Numbered from the stretch's first letter, positions 19,598 through 29,956 are shown. The stretch: 64,000 bases of DNA from Candidatus Woesearchaeota archaeon (GCA_964547875.1 CAZJPE010000001.1:38535-102534); one strand, 5' to 3'. Program-made: numbers and translations. The notes: generated by a model from the letters alone, not told the origin.

Positions 19598-21343
19598 TTA
19601 ATAAATGCATCTCAAATTATCAGTGTTAACATAATCATAGCCTTCTAGAGGATAAGGATACGAAAGCTGCACTCGTCCGAATATATAACCTAAAGTATGT
19701 ATGGGATCTGTAAGATTAATTCTCCCATCATCATCTGAATCAGCTGCATCCATACAATCTATCCCAGAGCCATTAAATAAATAAAGTAATGTCTTAATCG
19801 GGTCTGAAATATCTATGGTTTTATCATTATTCGCATCTGCTCTGATAAATTTCCTCGGGCATTGGATTCTATCCTCTAATATTTCTCCCTCTAATGAACA
19901 AAAAACTGCTGCCAGCGTGTCAATTCTCGGAAATACCAAGCCATTTCCCTCGTCTGTTACAGGAACTCCGGTTGTCTTTAAAATATTAACAATTTCATCA
20001 TATTTAAGATTAGGATTTACTTGTTTCATCAATGCAATTGTCCCAGAAACGTGAGGCGCAGCTGCTGACGTTCCTGCACCGCCCTCATATCCCCCATTTA
20101 ATGTTGTTGATCTAATATCAGCTCCTGGTGCCATCATATCCAAAATATCAGCACTATTAGAGAAACACGAAACTTTATCTCGTGTTGCATTCTCTGTGCA
20201 TCGCTCTAAACATTCTCTAGTATTAACATCTCTTTCAACGCAAAAATTAACTTGACCTAGATTAGTGTCATAAACAGCTCCGACTGAAATAGCATTTAAA
20301 GAGCATGCAGGAGAATTAATGCCATTCTTAAAACCATCATTACCTGATGCAATAACAAAAGGAAGATTAAAAGAATAAGCTCTATTTATAACAGAATCCA
20401 TCCAAGTTGGACAATTTGATGAATTATAATTCCCAAAGCCGATACTCATACTCAAAACATCTATCTCAAATTCATCCTTATTATCAATACACCAATCACT
20501 ACCTGCTATCATAGTAGAGGCAGAGCAATCAACATCGCATACTTTTATAGCAAGCAATTTCGCATTTGGAGCAACTCCAATTACGCCTCCATTAGCAGCA
20601 GCAATTCCTGCGACATGTGTTCCGTGACCATATATAGCATCAGGATCAGCATCATTATTAACAAAATCATATCCTCCAATCACTTTACAATCTGCTCCAA
20701 AACATCCTCCTAAATCAGGATGAGTATAATCAATTCCGTCATCTATTATAGCTATAACCTGCCCATCACCCTTTATATTTATTGAATTAATCTCCATTCT
20801 ATGGGCGTCATCTGCATTAATCAGAGGAACGCTCTGCGCTAAAGATGTATGAAAAACACTATCTAAATAAACAGATTTTACATTATTATCATTATTCAAT
20901 TTCTTCAAACCATTTAGAGTTATCTCGCCTGCAAATCCAGGAATTGTTTTATATTTAAATCTAAGAGAGAAATCAGAATCAGATAATTCAGATAAAACGC
21001 TATCCTCTTTAATCCTTATCTTTTCTTTATATTCTTTAAACTTATCTTTATTAAATTCCTCATCATGCAATTCAACAATAACGCGAATATAATTTTCTCC
21101 TTTTATTTTATCAAAAATCTCTGACTCTATTTTTGAATTCATGCCAACAATCTGCTCTAAATTATCTCCTTTTTCTCTAATTTCTATCTTAGTATTTTGC
21201 TTTAAATAATCAGTCTTTATATTATCATGTTCCTGAGATAAAGCATAAGAAGATAATCCTCCTAAAACTAGAGGAATAGATATTGTCCTCCCTAACAAGT
21301 ACATTCTTTCTTTTATTTTTTCTAAATATCTCATATCTTTCAT
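19598..21343 (-). CDS. Subtilisin-like serine protease (S8) with C-terminal dockerin-like Ca-binding module
   Basis: Catalytic triad contexts DDGIDYTHPDL / HGTHVAGIAAA / GTSAAAPHVSG. C-terminal DANNDKTIDISDPIKTLLYLF and DSDDDGRINLTDPIHTLGYIF resemble a type-I dockerin duplicated segment. Confidence 0.85.
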   Translation of the reverse strand: MKDMRYLEKIKERMYLLGRTISIPLVLGGLSSYALSQEHDNIKTDYLKQNTKIEIREKGDNLEQIVGMNSKIESEIFDKIKGENYIRVIVELHDEEFNKDKFKEYKEKIRIKEDSVLSELSDSDFSLRFKYKTIPGFAGEITLNGLKKLNNDNNVKSVYLDSVFHTSLAQSVPLINADDAHRMEINSINIKGDGQVIAIIDDGIDYTHPDLGGCFGADCKVIGGYDFVNNDADPDAIYGHGTHVAGIAAANGGVIGVAPNAKLLAIKVCDVDCSASTMIAGSDWCIDNKDEFEIDVLSMSIGFGNYNSSNCPTWMDSVINRAYSFNLPFVIASGNDGFKNGINSPACSLNAISVGAVYDTNLGQVNFCVERDVNTRECLERCTENATRDKVSCFSNSADILDMMAPGADIRSTTLNGGYEGGAGTSAAAPHVSGTIALMKQVNPNLKYDEIVNILKTTGVPVTDEGNGLVFPRIDTLAAVFCSLEGEILEDRIQCPRKFIRADANNDKTIDISDPIKTLLYLFNGSGIDCMDAADSDDDGRINLTDPIHTLGYIFGRVQLSYPYPLEGYDYVNTDNLRCIY

Positions 21344-21629
21344 AATGTATTAATATTATTTAAACCTTGCTGTTACTTATAAGTAAGTATGTTATTATTT
21401 AATAGGGGAAGTAAATAAGTTTAGCAAGAGTCCAAAATAATGTTCTAAATTTACTTCATAAGTATAACTATTATTTTTAATTACCAACTAAAACCCACGA
21501 CGATAAAAATATTTTATGTTAACTACCATCAAAATACGCTGTCAATTATTTTAGAAAGGGATTAATGTCACTTACTATTTCTATTTAGTTATTATTAATA
21601 TATCTTTGTAATCTTAGAGAAGTTTTAAT

Positions 21630-22706
21630 CTATACCTTTATCAAAACAATTTCACTAGTAAACCATCCTGTAATGGTTTTAGTAAGCCATCCAACAAGTC
21701 TTTGATAAAATGGCTTCTCTCCTGCAGGAGAAAAACTAATAGGGCTTCCTGATCCTGAAGGGCTACCTGACGCTGAAGGGCTACCTCCAGCACCACCGCC
21801 AGAACCACTGCCAGAACCAGAATCAGGAGGAGGCGCAGGCGAACTTGGTGATTCAGATCCGCTGGAACTTGTTCCTCCACCACCTCCCACACTTTCAGGA
21901 ATACATACTCCGCTTGAGCAAAGATTGCTTGCACATTCTCCCGGGGAATCACATTTATATCCTAAATCACAGCTTAATTCTGAAGAATCATCTCCTGGAG
22001 GATTATTATTACAATCAATTCTCGTTTTCGGTAAAACACACAATCCACCTAAATATTTAAGTCCCTGACAACAATCACGACTATTCGGCGCATAACTTCC
22101 AGCAGTTGCACAACTGATTTGACAAACATAGGTTCTTTCGCTAGAGCCCCAACACCAATCAGTTTTACACTCTTGAGAACAATCACACTCTACTCCACTA
22201 GTACAATCAAGATTATCATCACATTGTGAAATAGGATTATTCTCACAAACAATTTCAGAGCCTCTATATTGCTCAAGCCTATCCTCTTCTGTACTATCTT
22301 CAACATCTCGTGAACTATCGTCAATTACCTCATTTGCTTCACTTGACTCATCACTAGCTTCTCCAGCACCTTGCCCACTCCCACTTCCTCCTGCAGGAGA
22401 AAAACTCTCGTCAAAAGCCAAATAAGCAACAAACTCTCGCCCATCTAATATATCAACTACTCCATCCTCATTAACATCTGCGTTCTCTCTGCAATTCAAT
22501 CCTTCTCCACGAAAATATCCATTAATATGCGTTATGTCATTCTCATCAATTCTGCCATCACCATTGGCATCACCCTTTAAATCAGTACATCTTGGTATAT
22601 GTCTAAAATAATAAATACTTCCAGAAGCTACAATTACAAATAAAACTATTCCAAAAATAATAAAAATATTTTTATATCTGTTTGATGAATCTACCTCTCT
22701 TTTCAT
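21630..22706 (-). CDS. Surface protein with dockerin-like repeats, Cys-rich module, G/S-rich linker and C-terminal W-rich tail
   Basis: N-terminal TM; DANGDGRIDENDITHINGYF and DVNEDGVVDILDGREFVAYL dockerin-like segments; a module with more than 20 Cys; terminal FYQRLVGWLTKTITGWFTSEIV. Confidence 0.55.
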   Translation of the reverse strand: MKREVDSSNRYKNIFIIFGIVLFVIVASGSIYYFRHIPRCTDLKGDANGDGRIDENDITHINGYFRGEGLNCRENADVNEDGVVDILDGREFVAYLAFDESFSPAGGSGSGQGAGEASDESSEANEVIDDSSRDVEDSTEEDRLEQYRGSEIVCENNPISQCDDNLDCTSGVECDCSQECKTDWCWGSSERTYVCQISCATAGSYAPNSRDCCQGLKYLGGLCVLPKTRIDCNNNPPGDDSSELSCDLGYKCDSPGECASNLCSSGVCIPESVGGGGGTSSSGSESPSSPAPPPDSGSGSGSGGGAGGSPSASGSPSGSGSPISFSPAGEKPFYQRLVGWLTKTITGWFTSEIVLIKV

Positions 22707-22808
22707 ATTTTATTTAACATATCTTGTTTTAAATATTTTTCCCCCAATGCTTTTGTTGACTTAAAGGGTGATATTCTTGCTTAAGCAAAAATATCTTATC
22801 TTAATTGA

Positions 22809-23018
22809 ATTAATATAGGAATCTTTTCCCATCCATACTATCCTCAAGACAAAGGCAAGGTAGAAAGAACAATAAGAAATTTAGTTGAAGAGTTTATTGT
22901 TTTGCTTAAACATTTTCCAGAATGGCTCAATGGAAAGCTGGAAGAATGGCAAGAATGGTACAATACGAAACGATTTCATAGAGGGATAAAAACATATCCC
23001 TCTCTTTTGTTTTTTTAA
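22809..23018 (+). pseudogene. C-terminal remnant of an rve-type (retroviral-integrase fold) transposase
   Basis: FSHPYYPQDKGKVERTIRNLVEEF...WYNTKRFHRGIKTYPS is the HPxxPQxxGxVER...YNxxRxH signature of the rve catalytic C-terminus. No N-terminal part upstream (stop at 22806). Confidence 0.55.
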
Positions 23019-23104
23019 GTTGGGAAGTTTACTTAACATAATAATGCATTGTTGCGTTGTCGGGACTTTTTATGGAGTATTTTAAAACCCTGATTAAATA
23101 AAAG

Positions 23105-24025
23105 TTAATTTTCAGTTTTGTTTTCCTTATTAGTATTCAAAATAATGACAAAATTACTTATTGCTGAGAATTCTTTGAACATATCTAAAAAGAAATGAAT
23201 AACAACAGGATTTTTCTCTTTTAGGATTTCTAAAGAATCTTCGCTTATTGTTTCCCTTTCATCCAAAAAAGATTTAATTTTTATCATATCTTGGTTCTGA
23301 TAAGCACTCATAAGTTCTTGATAAAAATCTTTAGTCTTCTTTATTAAATTGATTTCGATTTCATTAAATTTTAAATTATTAGTTTTTGCATACTTATATG
23401 AGTAAATTATTGATCTTGAAATATTAAAGAGTCCTATTAAAAAATTATAAGCGTATTTCGAGGTATTCTTACCAAAAACTAAATTTTTGTTTATTGATCT
23501 TTTTGAGAGATTAATAAGTTTCGTTACAACTTTGTGTATCTCTAAAGTTTCATCAAAATTTGAATAACTTTTTTTCTCAATATCCTCAATAAAATAATCA
23601 AATTGCGAAAGAATTTGAAATAAAATTCTTTTTAAATTGCTCTCAAATTCTATTGTATCAATTGACGCTACGGCCTTTATTATGCAATATTTTGGATTAC
23701 TTTCAACAATTTCAAAGCCTGTAAGTTCAGCTAACACTTTTCTGATCAGCGATAATTGTTTTTGTTCAGTATAATTTATTTTGATTTCATCAAATCCATA
23801 TGTATAAAGATGAGAAAGAATCCGATTAATATACCATTCTTTTTCATTGGAAAGATTTATTTCAATTGACGAAAACTTTGTTTTTTCTGGACTTATAATT
23901 AATCCTCTTTCGGAAATATCTATGTTTAAGAATTGTCCTTTTTGTATGTTATTGCTTTTAACCCATTTTGATGGCAGCGACAAACTTAACGTGCTGTTCC
24001 CGTGCTGAACTATCTTTCTTTTCAT
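23105..24025 (-). CDS. AbrB/SpoVT-type DNA-binding domain protein with helical C-terminal (PhoU-like) region, putative regulator
   Basis: N-terminal KIVQHGNSTLSLSLPSKWVKSNNIQKGQFLNIDISERGLIISP swapped-hairpin motif. The PhoU assignment of the remainder rests on architecture only. Confidence 0.5.
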   Translation of the reverse strand: MKRKIVQHGNSTLSLSLPSKWVKSNNIQKGQFLNIDISERGLIISPEKTKFSSIEINLSNEKEWYINRILSHLYTYGFDEIKINYTEQKQLSLIRKVLAELTGFEIVESNPKYCIIKAVASIDTIEFESNLKRILFQILSQFDYFIEDIEKKSYSNFDETLEIHKVVTKLINLSKRSINKNLVFGKNTSKYAYNFLIGLFNISRSIIYSYKYAKTNNLKFNEIEINLIKKTKDFYQELMSAYQNQDMIKIKSFLDERETISEDSLEILKEKNPVVIHFFLDMFKEFSAISNFVIILNTNKENKTEN

Positions 24026-24135
24026 TGATTTATCAGATGCGCCATAATATATAAATCTTCCGTAAACATATATTTATATACAAATTGTTGATATAAACAC
24101 CAAAAGTATATATTTACCCCTATCTTTATAATTCT

Positions 24136-24843
24136 ATGAGCATAAATCTGCCCCAAATAAATTATGGAAAATTGAAAGGGAGAATTAAAGATGAGAAAAA
24201 TATTGTTTACTATAGAAGAGGATTTGAAGAGCTATCCTTGAATGTAACAAATGCCTGTCCTAATGCTTGTGCATTTTGCATACGTGACAGAGATCAAGGA
24301 TGGGGTGTTTCCAATTTATATCTTTCCAGAGATCCTAGTGTCGAAGAAATCATACAGGCCTATGATGAAGAATCTAAGAGGATTTTAGCTCTGGGAATCG
24401 ATCTTAAAAAAATAAAAATTTGTGGATATGGGGAGCCAATACTTAGGTTTGAAGACCTGAAACCAATCACAAGACATATCAGAGAAAGAGGCAGAAATGA
24501 TAATCTAGAAATACAGATTACAACTACAGGCTGGCCTTATTTTAGATTTATTAGCCCAGATGTGGGAAGAATTAGCGAGCTTAAAGAGGCAGGGGTATCT
24601 CACATCTATCTTAGTGTTAATGCGTTAGACAAAAAAAACTATGATAAATTAGTAAGACCAGGGGTTAATGAAATTGATAATGATGCTTTTAGTGATGCTT
24701 TAAGATTTGGCGAATGGGCAAAAGAAGCAGGCCTTGATGTTACCTTGGGATTTATAAGACTTGGAAAAATAACTGATGAAGAAGTAAAATCGTTTGCTGA
24801 AAGATATGAGATGAAATATAGATTACGAGATTTTGAGGAGTAA
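24136..24843 (+). CDS. Radical SAM domain protein
   Basis: CPNACAFC (CxxxCxxC) cluster near the N-terminus. Confidence 0.7.
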   Translation: MSINLPQINYGKLKGRIKDEKNIVYYRRGFEELSLNVTNACPNACAFCIRDRDQGWGVSNLYLSRDPSVEEIIQAYDEESKRILALGIDLKKIKICGYGEPILRFEDLKPITRHIRERGRNDNLEIQITTTGWPYFRFISPDVGRISELKEAGVSHIYLSVNALDKKNYDKLVRPGVNEIDNDAFSDALRFGEWAKEAGLDVTLGFIRLGKITDEEVKSFAERYEMKYRLRDFEE

Positions 24844-24845
24844 AA

Positions 24846-25613
24846 ATGGAAGAAACATATGTTAAAGATTATTTCAGTAGGACGAGGACAGTTTCCTCTT
24901 GGTGGGAACCAGAAACAGGCGATAAATCACATATTTTTGCAAGAGAGATTAAAGTACTGGAGAAAATGTTAGATGAGGAAGAGGCAGCTGATGCCCTAGA
25001 TATTGCCTGTGGAAAGGGAAGAGTCTCAAAGATGCTAAACCGAAGAAGGTTAAAAACTATTTCTTTAGACATTTCTCAAGAAATGCTTGATATTGGTTAC
25101 CAGAGAGGCGATATTATCAATCCACAAAAGGGGGATGGAGAAGATTTACATTTTGATGATAAATCTTTTGATGTAGTTACTTGTATTGATGCTCTAGTCC
25201 ACTTTCCAAACTATAAAAAAGCGATTAGTGAAGCTCATCGGGTTCTTAGACCAAATGGTGTTTGCCTCTGTACAACTAGTAATCCTTATGATTTAGGATT
25301 TATTCCGAGAGTCATATCAAAAGGGATAAGGGCAATTTCTAATGGGGAATCAAGTAGTAAAGGAGAAGGAATATTTAGATACATAGCTCCAAGTGAGATG
25401 AGAAGATCCTTAATAAATCAGGGATTTCAAATAGAAGGAGAAGCAAAACTAGGAGTTTTGGCTCCAGTTGAAATTAAAGGTAATAATGGAAAAGATTTCC
25501 ACTTAATTTCGGAATCATTCTCAAGAAGATATGATAACTTAGATAGACTATTAGAGAGAATTCCTGTAATTAATCAATTGGCAATACTTTCAGTTTACAA
25601 AGCAAGAAAATGA
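24846..25613 (+). CDS. Class I SAM-dependent methyltransferase
   Basis: Motif I LDIACGKGRVS; acidic motif II DVVTCIDAL. Confidence 0.75.
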   Translation: MEETYVKDYFSRTRTVSSWWEPETGDKSHIFAREIKVLEKMLDEEEAADALDIACGKGRVSKMLNRRRLKTISLDISQEMLDIGYQRGDIINPQKGDGEDLHFDDKSFDVVTCIDALVHFPNYKKAISEAHRVLRPNGVCLCTTSNPYDLGFIPRVISKGIRAISNGESSSKGEGIFRYIAPSEMRRSLINQGFQIEGEAKLGVLAPVEIKGNNGKDFHLISESFSRRYDNLDRLLERIPVINQLAILSVYKARK

Positions 25614-26542
25614 TCTCAATAATTATTTCGGCCCATAATGAAGAAAAGAACATAAAAAATATGCTTGAGGATGTAATAAAAGAAATGGATTTATTAGGAG
25701 AAGATAGTGAACTATTAATCGGGTTGAGTGGTTGTACCGACAAAACAGAAGAAATTGCAAGAGTTATGATAAAGAAGCATAAGCAAAAACCCCTAATTGT
25801 AAAAACTCCTTTAGGCAAGATTAATTCTCAAAAGAGAATTATTCAGTTAGTAAATAAAAAATCTTGGGGAATTTTATTTTTAGATTGTGATGTACGGCTA
25901 AAAAAATATGCAATAAGGAATATAGTAGCAGATGCCAAAAAATATCAAAAAGTAAAAATGTTTTATGCGAAAGAAATTCCACTTCCAAGAAAGAGTATTT
26001 TTTATAATATAATAAATGTTAGAACATTAAATCCAGACTACGTAATAGCAAAAGAAAACGTATCTGACTTTCATCCGTATATAAAGAATAAGAATAAAAA
26101 ATTCTTTTCAACGGGAGGTATGTATCTCATAAGAAAAGGGATTTATGACGTTGATGGAAAAACTATTGGCGATGATAGTTATTTGACTCATTCTATCTAC
26201 TATAGATTTGGTGTTGGAACTATTAAACAAACAGAGAATGCAATTGTTTATTATCAACCGGTTTATACCTTTAGAAGTTGGATAAAGAAATGGAAGAGAA
26301 TATGGAGTGATATAAACAATTTATATTCATATCATCCTGAATTTAAATACTTGGAAAAATATATGAAACTAAAAATAGATTTCAAAAAGCTCATCAAAGA
26401 AGGAAAAATAAAATTGATCATTTACTTTTCTCTTGAACGAACATGGAATAATATTGGAGGATTTATCTTTAGAAAATTCCTTCTTGATAAAGAAAATAAA
26501 TGGGACCAATTAAAAGATACTAAAGAGGTAGTATTGAAATGA
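25610..26542 (+). CDS. Family 2 glycosyltransferase
   Basis: N-terminal MISIIISAHNEEKNI, typical GT2 start; DxD-like LDCDV. Confidence 0.7.
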   Translation: MISIIISAHNEEKNIKNMLEDVIKEMDLLGEDSELLIGLSGCTDKTEEIARVMIKKHKQKPLIVKTPLGKINSQKRIIQLVNKKSWGILFLDCDVRLKKYAIRNIVADAKKYQKVKMFYAKEIPLPRKSIFYNIINVRTLNPDYVIAKENVSDFHPYIKNKNKKFFSTGGMYLIRKGIYDVDGKTIGDDSYLTHSIYYRFGVGTIKQTENAIVYYQPVYTFRSWIKKWKRIWSDINNLYSYHPEFKYLEKYMKLKIDFKKLIKEGKIKLIIYFSLERTWNNIGGFIFRKFLLDKENKWDQLKDTKEVVLK

Positions 26543-27135
26543 AAACAATCTTGATAGAAGGAACTGAATTAAGTGGGAAAACAACACTCGCAAAAAGCGT
26601 TAGACAAAGATTGACAAACGAAGGATTTAGCATCGTTATTAATTCGGGCCCAATAAATAAGACTTCAAGGTTGGTAAATACTCCATTAAATATGGCTAAA
26701 AAAATACACTCACCCTCCATTAAAGAATTCTTATACACTTTAAGTTTGATTACAGATAGAGATCCAAAAGAAAGTTACCCTGAAGTTGATTTTTTTATGC
26801 AAGAAAGATACTTTCCAAGCGTAATAGCTTATTCAAAAGTGTTTAATTCTTTTGGAGTTAATAGATATGTTGGCGATTATCTTCAACGATTCTATCCTTC
26901 TTTTGATATTAATATTTTAGTTAAAACTAGTTTAGAAACAAGATTGGAAAGAATTAAAACTAGAAATGTAAAAACTAAGTTAGATAAGATTATTGAAGAA
27001 AAACCACAACTTGCATCGGATTTAGAAAGAGAAATTCAGAGAGTTTTATGCAAAGAAAGAAACTATTTTGAGTTAAATACTGATGAAATGGACATTGATG
27101 AAGCAACAGAGGAAATTTATAGGAGGATAATATGA
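26539..27135 (+). CDS. P-loop nucleoside/nucleotide kinase-like protein (dTMP-kinase-like)
   Basis: ILIEGTELSGKTTLAK Walker A at the N-terminus as in Tmk/dNK family; ~200 aa. Confidence 0.5.
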   Translation: MKTILIEGTELSGKTTLAKSVRQRLTNEGFSIVINSGPINKTSRLVNTPLNMAKKIHSPSIKEFLYTLSLITDRDPKESYPEVDFFMQERYFPSVIAYSKVFNSFGVNRYVGDYLQRFYPSFDINILVKTSLETRLERIKTRNVKTKLDKIIEEKPQLASDLEREIQRVLCKERNYFELNTDEMDIDEATEEIYRRII

Positions 27136-27740
27136 ATATCCTAGTTGTTGGAGCACATCCTGATGATTATGAATTAGGGATGGGAGGAACTATAAAAAAA
27201 TATTTCACAGAAGGGCATAACATAATTTCGATTATTATGTCAAATGGAGAAGCTATAGGAAATACTAATGAGCGAGTAAAGGAGGCAAAAAAATCTGCCA
27301 AATTCTTAGGGATAAATACAATTTATTTTTTAAATTTTAAAGATACAAAGATAAGTTCAGGCATAGAGTCGATTAAGAAAATTGAACAAATCATTAAAAA
27401 ACATAAAATAGATAGGATATATACCCATTCATTAAGAGATACACACCAGGACCATAGGAACACTTGTCTGGCTGTTCTTTCCGCAGGAAGAAATGTGGAA
27501 CAGATATTATTTTTTGAATCTCCTTCGTCAGATTTGGATTTTAGACCAACATTCTTTATTGATATTTCCAGTTACTTAAAAGAGAAGATAAATTCATTAA
27601 AAATATATAAGTCTCTATTAAAATTAAAAAAGAGGTATCTAGAAATTAAAGCAATAATAGATAGCGCTTCCTTTAGAGGATATCAAAGCAACCTAAAATA
27701 TGCAGAATGTTTTGAAGTTTTTAGGTTTATAGAAAAATGA
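27132..27740 (+). CDS. PIG-L/LmbE family N-acetylglucosaminyl deacetylase
   Basis: MNILVVGAHPDDYELGMGGTI is the AHPDDE/LGxGG hallmark. Confidence 0.8.
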   Translation: MNILVVGAHPDDYELGMGGTIKKYFTEGHNIISIIMSNGEAIGNTNERVKEAKKSAKFLGINTIYFLNFKDTKISSGIESIKKIEQIIKKHKIDRIYTHSLRDTHQDHRNTCLAVLSAGRNVEQILFFESPSSDLDFRPTFFIDISSYLKEKINSLKIYKSLLKLKKRYLEIKAIIDSASFRGYQSNLKYAECFEVFRFIEK

Positions 27741-28435
27741 AAATAACAATACACCAACCAAATTTCTTACCTTATCTAGGATTTTTTGATAAATGTGATT
27801 ATGCAGACATATTGGCCTTATATGATTCTACACAATTTAAAAAAAACGATTATCAAAATAGAAATAAAATTAAGGGAAAGGATGGATGGTTCTGGTTGAC
27901 AATTCCAGTTAATTACAATTTTGGTGATGTAATAAATGAAGTAAAGATTGATAACTCAAAAGAATGGAAAAAAGACCATATAAAATCATTAGAAACATGT
28001 TATTCGGGTTCAAAATACTTTAATCAGTACTTTCCAAAAATAAGAGAAATCTATGAAAAAAATTGGAATTTTATATCAAACTTTAATATAGAATTAATTA
28101 AGTTTGTGCTTAATGAGTTGGGAATAAAATGTAAAGTTGTTTTATCTTCAGAACTAATGATTAAAGATGATAGAACCGAGGCTCTAATTGAAATATGTAA
28201 AAAGTTAAAATCAACAGGGTATGTTTCTGGAAAAGATGGAAAAAAATATTTGGAGGTAAAATCATTTAAAAAAGAAGGATTGACTATAGAATTTCAAAAT
28301 TATCAGCATCCTGAATACAATCAGAAATTTGGAGAATTTAAACCTTATATGTGTATATTGGACTTACTATTTAATGAAGGACCGAATAGTTTAAAAGTAA
28401 TAAGAGATGGGAGATATTATGAAAGCGAATGTTAG
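27737..28435 (+). CDS. WbqC-like family protein (glycan biosynthesis)
   Basis: MKITIHQPNFLPYLGFFDK...DYQNRNKI...WLTIPV matches WbqC family (PF08889) starts. Confidence 0.7.
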   Translation: MKITIHQPNFLPYLGFFDKCDYADILALYDSTQFKKNDYQNRNKIKGKDGWFWLTIPVNYNFGDVINEVKIDNSKEWKKDHIKSLETCYSGSKYFNQYFPKIREIYEKNWNFISNFNIELIKFVLNELGIKCKVVLSSELMIKDDRTEALIEICKKLKSTGYVSGKDGKKYLEVKSFKKEGLTIEFQNYQHPEYNQKFGEFKPYMCILDLLFNEGPNSLKVIRDGRYYESEC

Positions 28436-28853
28436 AGTTTCAGGCATTGTCTTTAAAGAAGGAAAAGTGGTTTTGGTCAAACATGAAAACAAACACAATG
28501 GAATTTATTATCTTCTTCCAGGAGGAGGATTAGAACGGGATGAAACAATTGAAGAATGTGCAATAAGAGAAGTTAAAGAAGAAATAGGATTGGATGTTAA
28601 GATTAAGTTTTTTGCATATTATGAAGATGTAGTTAGTGAAGATGACCACACATTACATTTAATTTTTAGATGTGAGATTATTGGGGGAAAAGTTGAGAAC
28701 TTGGACCCAGATAAGAAAGTTAAAGATATAGTTTTTATGAATGAAGAAGAATTTAAGAAAGTAAAATTTTTTCCAGAAAAACTTAAAAAAACTCTTTTTT
28801 CAGAAAAAGATAATGGTCTTCCACTATCTTTAGGAAAAACCTCCTTCTCATAA
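28407..28853 (+). CDS. NUDIX hydrolase
   Basis: Nudix box GGGLERDETIEECAIREVKEEIGL. Confidence 0.8.
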   Translation: MGDIMKANVRVSGIVFKEGKVVLVKHENKHNGIYYLLPGGGLERDETIEECAIREVKEEIGLDVKIKFFAYYEDVVSEDDHTLHLIFRCEIIGGKVENLDPDKKVKDIVFMNEEEFKKVKFFPEKLKKTLFSEKDNGLPLSLGKTSFS

Positions 28854-28856
28854 TAT

Positions 28857-29552
28857 TTATTTTTTAGTAGCTTTAATTATCAATATATCCCCAAAAAGGA
28901 AAGGTCTATTTTTAGGAAACATAAAAATAGATAAAATTCTATAGGACATATCTGAAATAAAATTTAATACGGCATAACCAAATTTTTTAAAGAAATTATC
29001 TCTATCCATATAATAAAAAGTGTATCCAAAGGTTCTATTTGTGGTTATTTTATTTATCTTAAAATCATATTTCTCTAGTAAAAAGATAATTTCTCTCCAA
29101 TATAATGGATGAATGTGCAGAGAACCCTTATTTCCAAATTCATTTTCTTGAAACCAATGAAATTCTGATCTAAATAGAAACTGAAATCTTGATTTTACAT
29201 TCTGGATATTTGGGGTGGTTATTATAAGTTGCCCATTCTTCCTTATCACCCTACTTAGTTCTTTTATGAATATTGCAGGATTTTCTAGATGCTCAATTAC
29301 TTCAATAGATATTATTTTATCAAAAAAAGAATTATTAAACGGAATATTATTATTGAAATTTGCTTTCTTGAATGGAATTTTTAATCTGAATCTATTCGGG
29401 TCAATGTCACAAGCATATACATTGCCATCCCTATTAACTAATTGTTCTGTAAACGAACCTTTTCCGGCACCACAATCTAAGACTTTCTCGCCTTTTATAT
29501 TTCCTAGCAATTCAAGTACTTTTTCATGTGTTCCTTTTGATGCTCCCATCAA
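28857..29552 (-). CDS. Class I SAM-dependent methyltransferase
   Basis: Motif I VLDCGAGKGSFT; motif II VYACDID. Confidence 0.75.
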   Translation of the reverse strand: MMGASKGTHEKVLELLGNIKGEKVLDCGAGKGSFTEQLVNRDGNVYACDIDPNRFRLKIPFKKANFNNNIPFNNSFFDKIISIEVIEHLENPAIFIKELSRVIRKNGQLIITTPNIQNVKSRFQFLFRSEFHWFQENEFGNKGSLHIHPLYWREIIFLLEKYDFKINKITTNRTFGYTFYYMDRDNFFKKFGYAVLNFISDMSYRILSIFMFPKNRPFLFGDILIIKATKK

Positions 29553-29591
29553 TTGAATGGGCTTTCGAGAATTTAAATTACTTTCTAATTA

Positions 29592-29770
29592 TACCTTACT
29601 CATCTTAATCAAATCCAACCATTTATTCTTACTTAACTCTAAATTTGGAATAGCTAGCTCATAAGGACAGCAACCTATTCCTTGGTGTTTTCTTATGAAG
29701 TTATAATAGATTTCATATCCTTTCATAATTGCAGATGCAGATTCAATGCAACATAATAAAAGGGTTTAAA
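29592..29770 (-). pseudogene. Second C-terminal remnant of an rve-type transposase
   Basis: Minus-strand translation ...SASAIMKGYEIYYNFIRKHQGIGCCPYELAIPNLE shows the YNxxRxHqgIg..P integrase C-terminal signature. Short; no upstream catalytic part. Confidence 0.4.
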
Positions 29771-29956
29771 TACTCTTTAATATATTATCTTTCATGAAAA
29801 ATCTAATAAGGATTATCAGTATTTTTAGTATGATTAATTTGAATAGTTGTATTAGAGGAATAGATTATAATAACGTTGTAGTGATGAAAAAATAGAAAGT
29901 TTTAAAAGCATATTCTTACCTCAAAATATATTAAGAAAAGACACTTAATATATAAA

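Noticed and set aside
21641-22060. ORFs 21641-21952 (minus) and 21845-22060 (plus) within the 21630-22706 surface protein
   Set aside because: They overlap the G/S-rich and Cys-rich coding segments in other frames. No independent support.
29940-29956. TAATATATAAA immediately upstream of the tyrS ATG as a TATA-box promoter
   Set aside because: Too close to the start codon (-3 to -13) for an archaeal TATA box. More likely just AT-rich leader sequence.
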